This document shows positions 55,108-56,999 of a stretch of DNA of 56,999 bases, piece after piece. The notes under the pieces were generated by a model. That model saw only the letters and a list, made by a program, of their open reading frames with translations, was not told where the DNA came from and ran no database searches. A program made the position numbers and the translations under genes. Origin of the DNA: a virus (taxonomy: Duplodnaviria; Caudoviricetes); the IMG/VR virus record IMGVR_UViG_3300019872_000003, positions 1-56,999 of that record. One strand, written 5' to 3'. The stretch's first letter is position 1; each line of letters opens with the position of its first letter.

Positions 55108-55515
55108 ATGACGCACAGAGTGGAGATCAAGACGATCGCCCGCTACATGCTGGCGATAGACACAGCTCGACATCTCGCAATGGGCGGGTTCCTGTTCTTC
55201 CTGTCCGATCTGTTCAACATTGCCTCGTACGAAACGACACGACAGATCGCTCCTCTCAAGGTGTGGGGACTGGCCTTCATGGCGGTCGGTCTCTTCTGCC
55301 TCTTCGCTCTTGTGCGAAGGTCGAGCGCGGATCTTGTACGATACGGATTCATGGCCTCAGCCATCATGACTGGGATCTGGACAAGTGTGTTCATCTCGAG
55401 CATCTTCTTCTACGGTCTGGGTGGAATACGACTGGTCATTCCGAACCTCGGATGGCTGATGGTCGACCTCCTGTTCGTCAGGGTGTCGCTGCTTTCGAGA
55501 GGACATCGAGAATGA
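55108..55515 (+). CDS. Multi-pass membrane protein (lysis cassette)
   Basis: About 4 hydrophobic segments. Confidence 0.65.
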   Translation: MTHRVEIKTIARYMLAIDTARHLAMGGFLFFLSDLFNIASYETTRQIAPLKVWGLAFMAVGLFCLFALVRRSSADLVRYGFMASAIMTGIWTSVFISSIFFYGLGGIRLVIPNLGWLMVDLLFVRVSLLSRGHRE

Positions 55516-55757
55516 CGATTGATCCGACGCTTCTCACTGCGGTACTTTCGCTTGCGGTTGCGTTGTTCGCCGCGATCATCGGTTCCCGCGGGAAGCGAGC
55601 GGAGATCCGCTCCAACGACTTGAACAACATGGCGACACGCCAGGAAGCAGAGATTGCTCGGAAGGACGTCGAGATCGTCAACCTACGTCGCGAACGAGAT
55701 GAGCTCGAACGCAAGTACGATGACCTGCAGGAACTGATGCGTGGGAGGCTCCGATGA
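55512..55757 (+). CDS. Single-TM coiled-coil protein (lysis cassette)
   Basis: TLLTAVLSLAVALFAAIIG then coiled coil; ATGA overlaps. Confidence 0.65.
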   Translation: MTIDPTLLTAVLSLAVALFAAIIGSRGKRAEIRSNDLNNMATRQEAEIARKDVEIVNLRRERDELERKYDDLQELMRGRLR

Positions 55758-56446
55758 GCCAGCACGGTCTGCTCAACGACATCGATGTCGAACCGACAAC
55801 GAAGGTAGGACGGTTCGGCAAGAGGAACTGGCGACTGCTCTATGCGTTCGCCATCATCATCAGTATCTTGTCCATCGGGTACCTCCTGTCGCAGTCGTTC
55901 GCGCAGCGTGATCAGCTGACCCTCTCCGACGCTCAGCGACAGGCGTTGGCCTCGCAGGTCAACGCACTGCGCGACCAGGTGCAAGGCCTCGGCGAGGAAC
56001 CGGTCGTTGGCCCCGCCGGCGAGAGTGGCGAACCAGGACCACCAGGGGCCATTGGAGCCACTGGTCCGCAGGGTCCGCAGGGATTGCAAGGTATGCCCGG
56101 TCTCAACGGCTCTGCGGGCGCTGACGGGCTGAACGGCCTGACAGGACCGAAGGGCGGAGACGGAACATCCGGTACATCGGGAACGAACGGCGTCGACGGC
56201 AAGAACGGCGTCGATGGTGCCACAGGCGCGAAGGGTGAGACAGGGGCTCAGGGTCCTGCTGGCGTAGCGGGATCGCCTGGACCAGCTGGCGCCCAAGGTC
56301 CCGCTGGTGATCCGGGACCACAAGGACCTCAAGGACCACAGGGTCCACAAGGGGATCAGGGCAGCGCGCCTGCCCAGATCTACTGCACACCATCAGTGGA
56401 TCATCCACTGATGTTCGTCTGCACGGCGACACCACCGCCGAGCTAG
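55754..56446 (+). CDS. Membrane-anchored collagen-like protein
   Basis: TM helix, coiled coil, ~40 Gly-X-Y triplets, C-terminal Cys pair. Confidence 0.75.
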   Translation: MSQHGLLNDIDVEPTTKVGRFGKRNWRLLYAFAIIISILSIGYLLSQSFAQRDQLTLSDAQRQALASQVNALRDQVQGLGEEPVVGPAGESGEPGPPGAIGATGPQGPQGLQGMPGLNGSAGADGLNGLTGPKGGDGTSGTSGTNGVDGKNGVDGATGAKGETGAQGPAGVAGSPGPAGAQGPAGDPGPQGPQGPQGPQGDQGSAPAQIYCTPSVDHPLMFVCTATPPPS

Positions 56447-56457
56447 GAAGGAACGAT

Positions 56458-56868
56458 ATGTCAAGCACCACGCTCGCGGTCACGGCTGCGAAGGAAGAGG
56501 CGAAGGGTGAAGGTATCCTTCACTACCTCAGTCTCTTCGAGCCCGTGCGTCTCCGTGCGGCCTATGTTGCGCTCCTCGCGCTGCTGGCCGTCTTCGGCGT
56601 CAGCATCCCTGCAGACTGGGACAGCGAAGTCATCAGTCTGCTTGCTGCACTCGCCGTCATCCTGCCGGCCATCCAGGCCGTCATCACGCGGCGTGCCGTC
56701 ACTCCTCCTGGAACGCAGGCTGTCCTCGAGGACCAGGCGCTCAACACCGCACCTCCTGGACCCGTCGTGACTCCTTGGGATGACCCGTCCCCGCTTCCCT
56801 CGACCATCGATGGTCCGCTCGAGGACCAGGACAACGACACGGTGGTCGAGGACGAGGTGCCGGAGTGA
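56458..56868 (+). CDS. Holin-like two-TM protein
   Basis: EPVRLRA + TM1, TM2 + RRAVTP; acidic tail; directly before the endolysin. Confidence 0.7.
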   Translation: MSSTTLAVTAAKEEAKGEGILHYLSLFEPVRLRAAYVALLALLAVFGVSIPADWDSEVISLLAALAVILPAIQAVITRRAVTPPGTQAVLEDQALNTAPPGPVVTPWDDPSPLPSTIDGPLEDQDNDTVVEDEVPE

Positions 56869-56999
56869 CCATCAAGGTAACGAACGCTCAAGCGGTCGTG
56901 CGGATCCGATCCTGGGTCGGAAGCAACACCATCCCGCCCGATAACATCTCGGCGCTGCACCACTGCATCGGGATCGCACGTCGTCTGTTCACGAACCTC
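56861..56999. repeat. Terminal direct repeat, copy 2 (contains the endolysin 5' end, GTG at 56865)
   Basis: Matches 1-139; GTGA start/stop overlap with the holin. Confidence 0.95.

Overview
Essentially the complete (~56,860 bp, ~63% GC by eye) genome of a tailed, siphovirus-like phage. Its composition and gene content suggest an actinobacterial host. Bases 1-139 repeat 56861-56999, so the sequence is circular or terminally redundant and opens inside the endolysin. The minus-strand arm (~769-29621) carries early, replication and nucleotide-metabolism genes: primase-helicase, SSB, Sak4-like ATPase, Cas4-like exonuclease, a frameshifted SNF2 helicase, RuvC-like resolvase, HNH and family A polymerase. 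The plus-strand arm (~30062-56999 and 1-673) carries packaging, head, an appendage module, tail and lysis genes. I found no integrase, tRNA or CRISPR array. The standout is a candidate DNA-hypermodification system in two loci. Locus A (9283-14527) has a T4 beta-glucosyltransferase-fold glycosyltransferase, a nucleotidyltransferase-kinase fusion, a KdsD-like arabinose-5-phosphate isomerase, a dimeric dCTPase/dUTPase, and a C5-cytosine MTase homologue whose motif X Asn is naturally Lys, the change that turns M.MpeI/Dcm into carboxymethyltransferases. Locus B (22188-24458) has a dNMP kinase fused to a UDG-like domain, a dCMP-type (Asp177) thymidylate synthase homologue and a dCMP deaminase. All assignments come from motif recognition by eye; no database searches were run.
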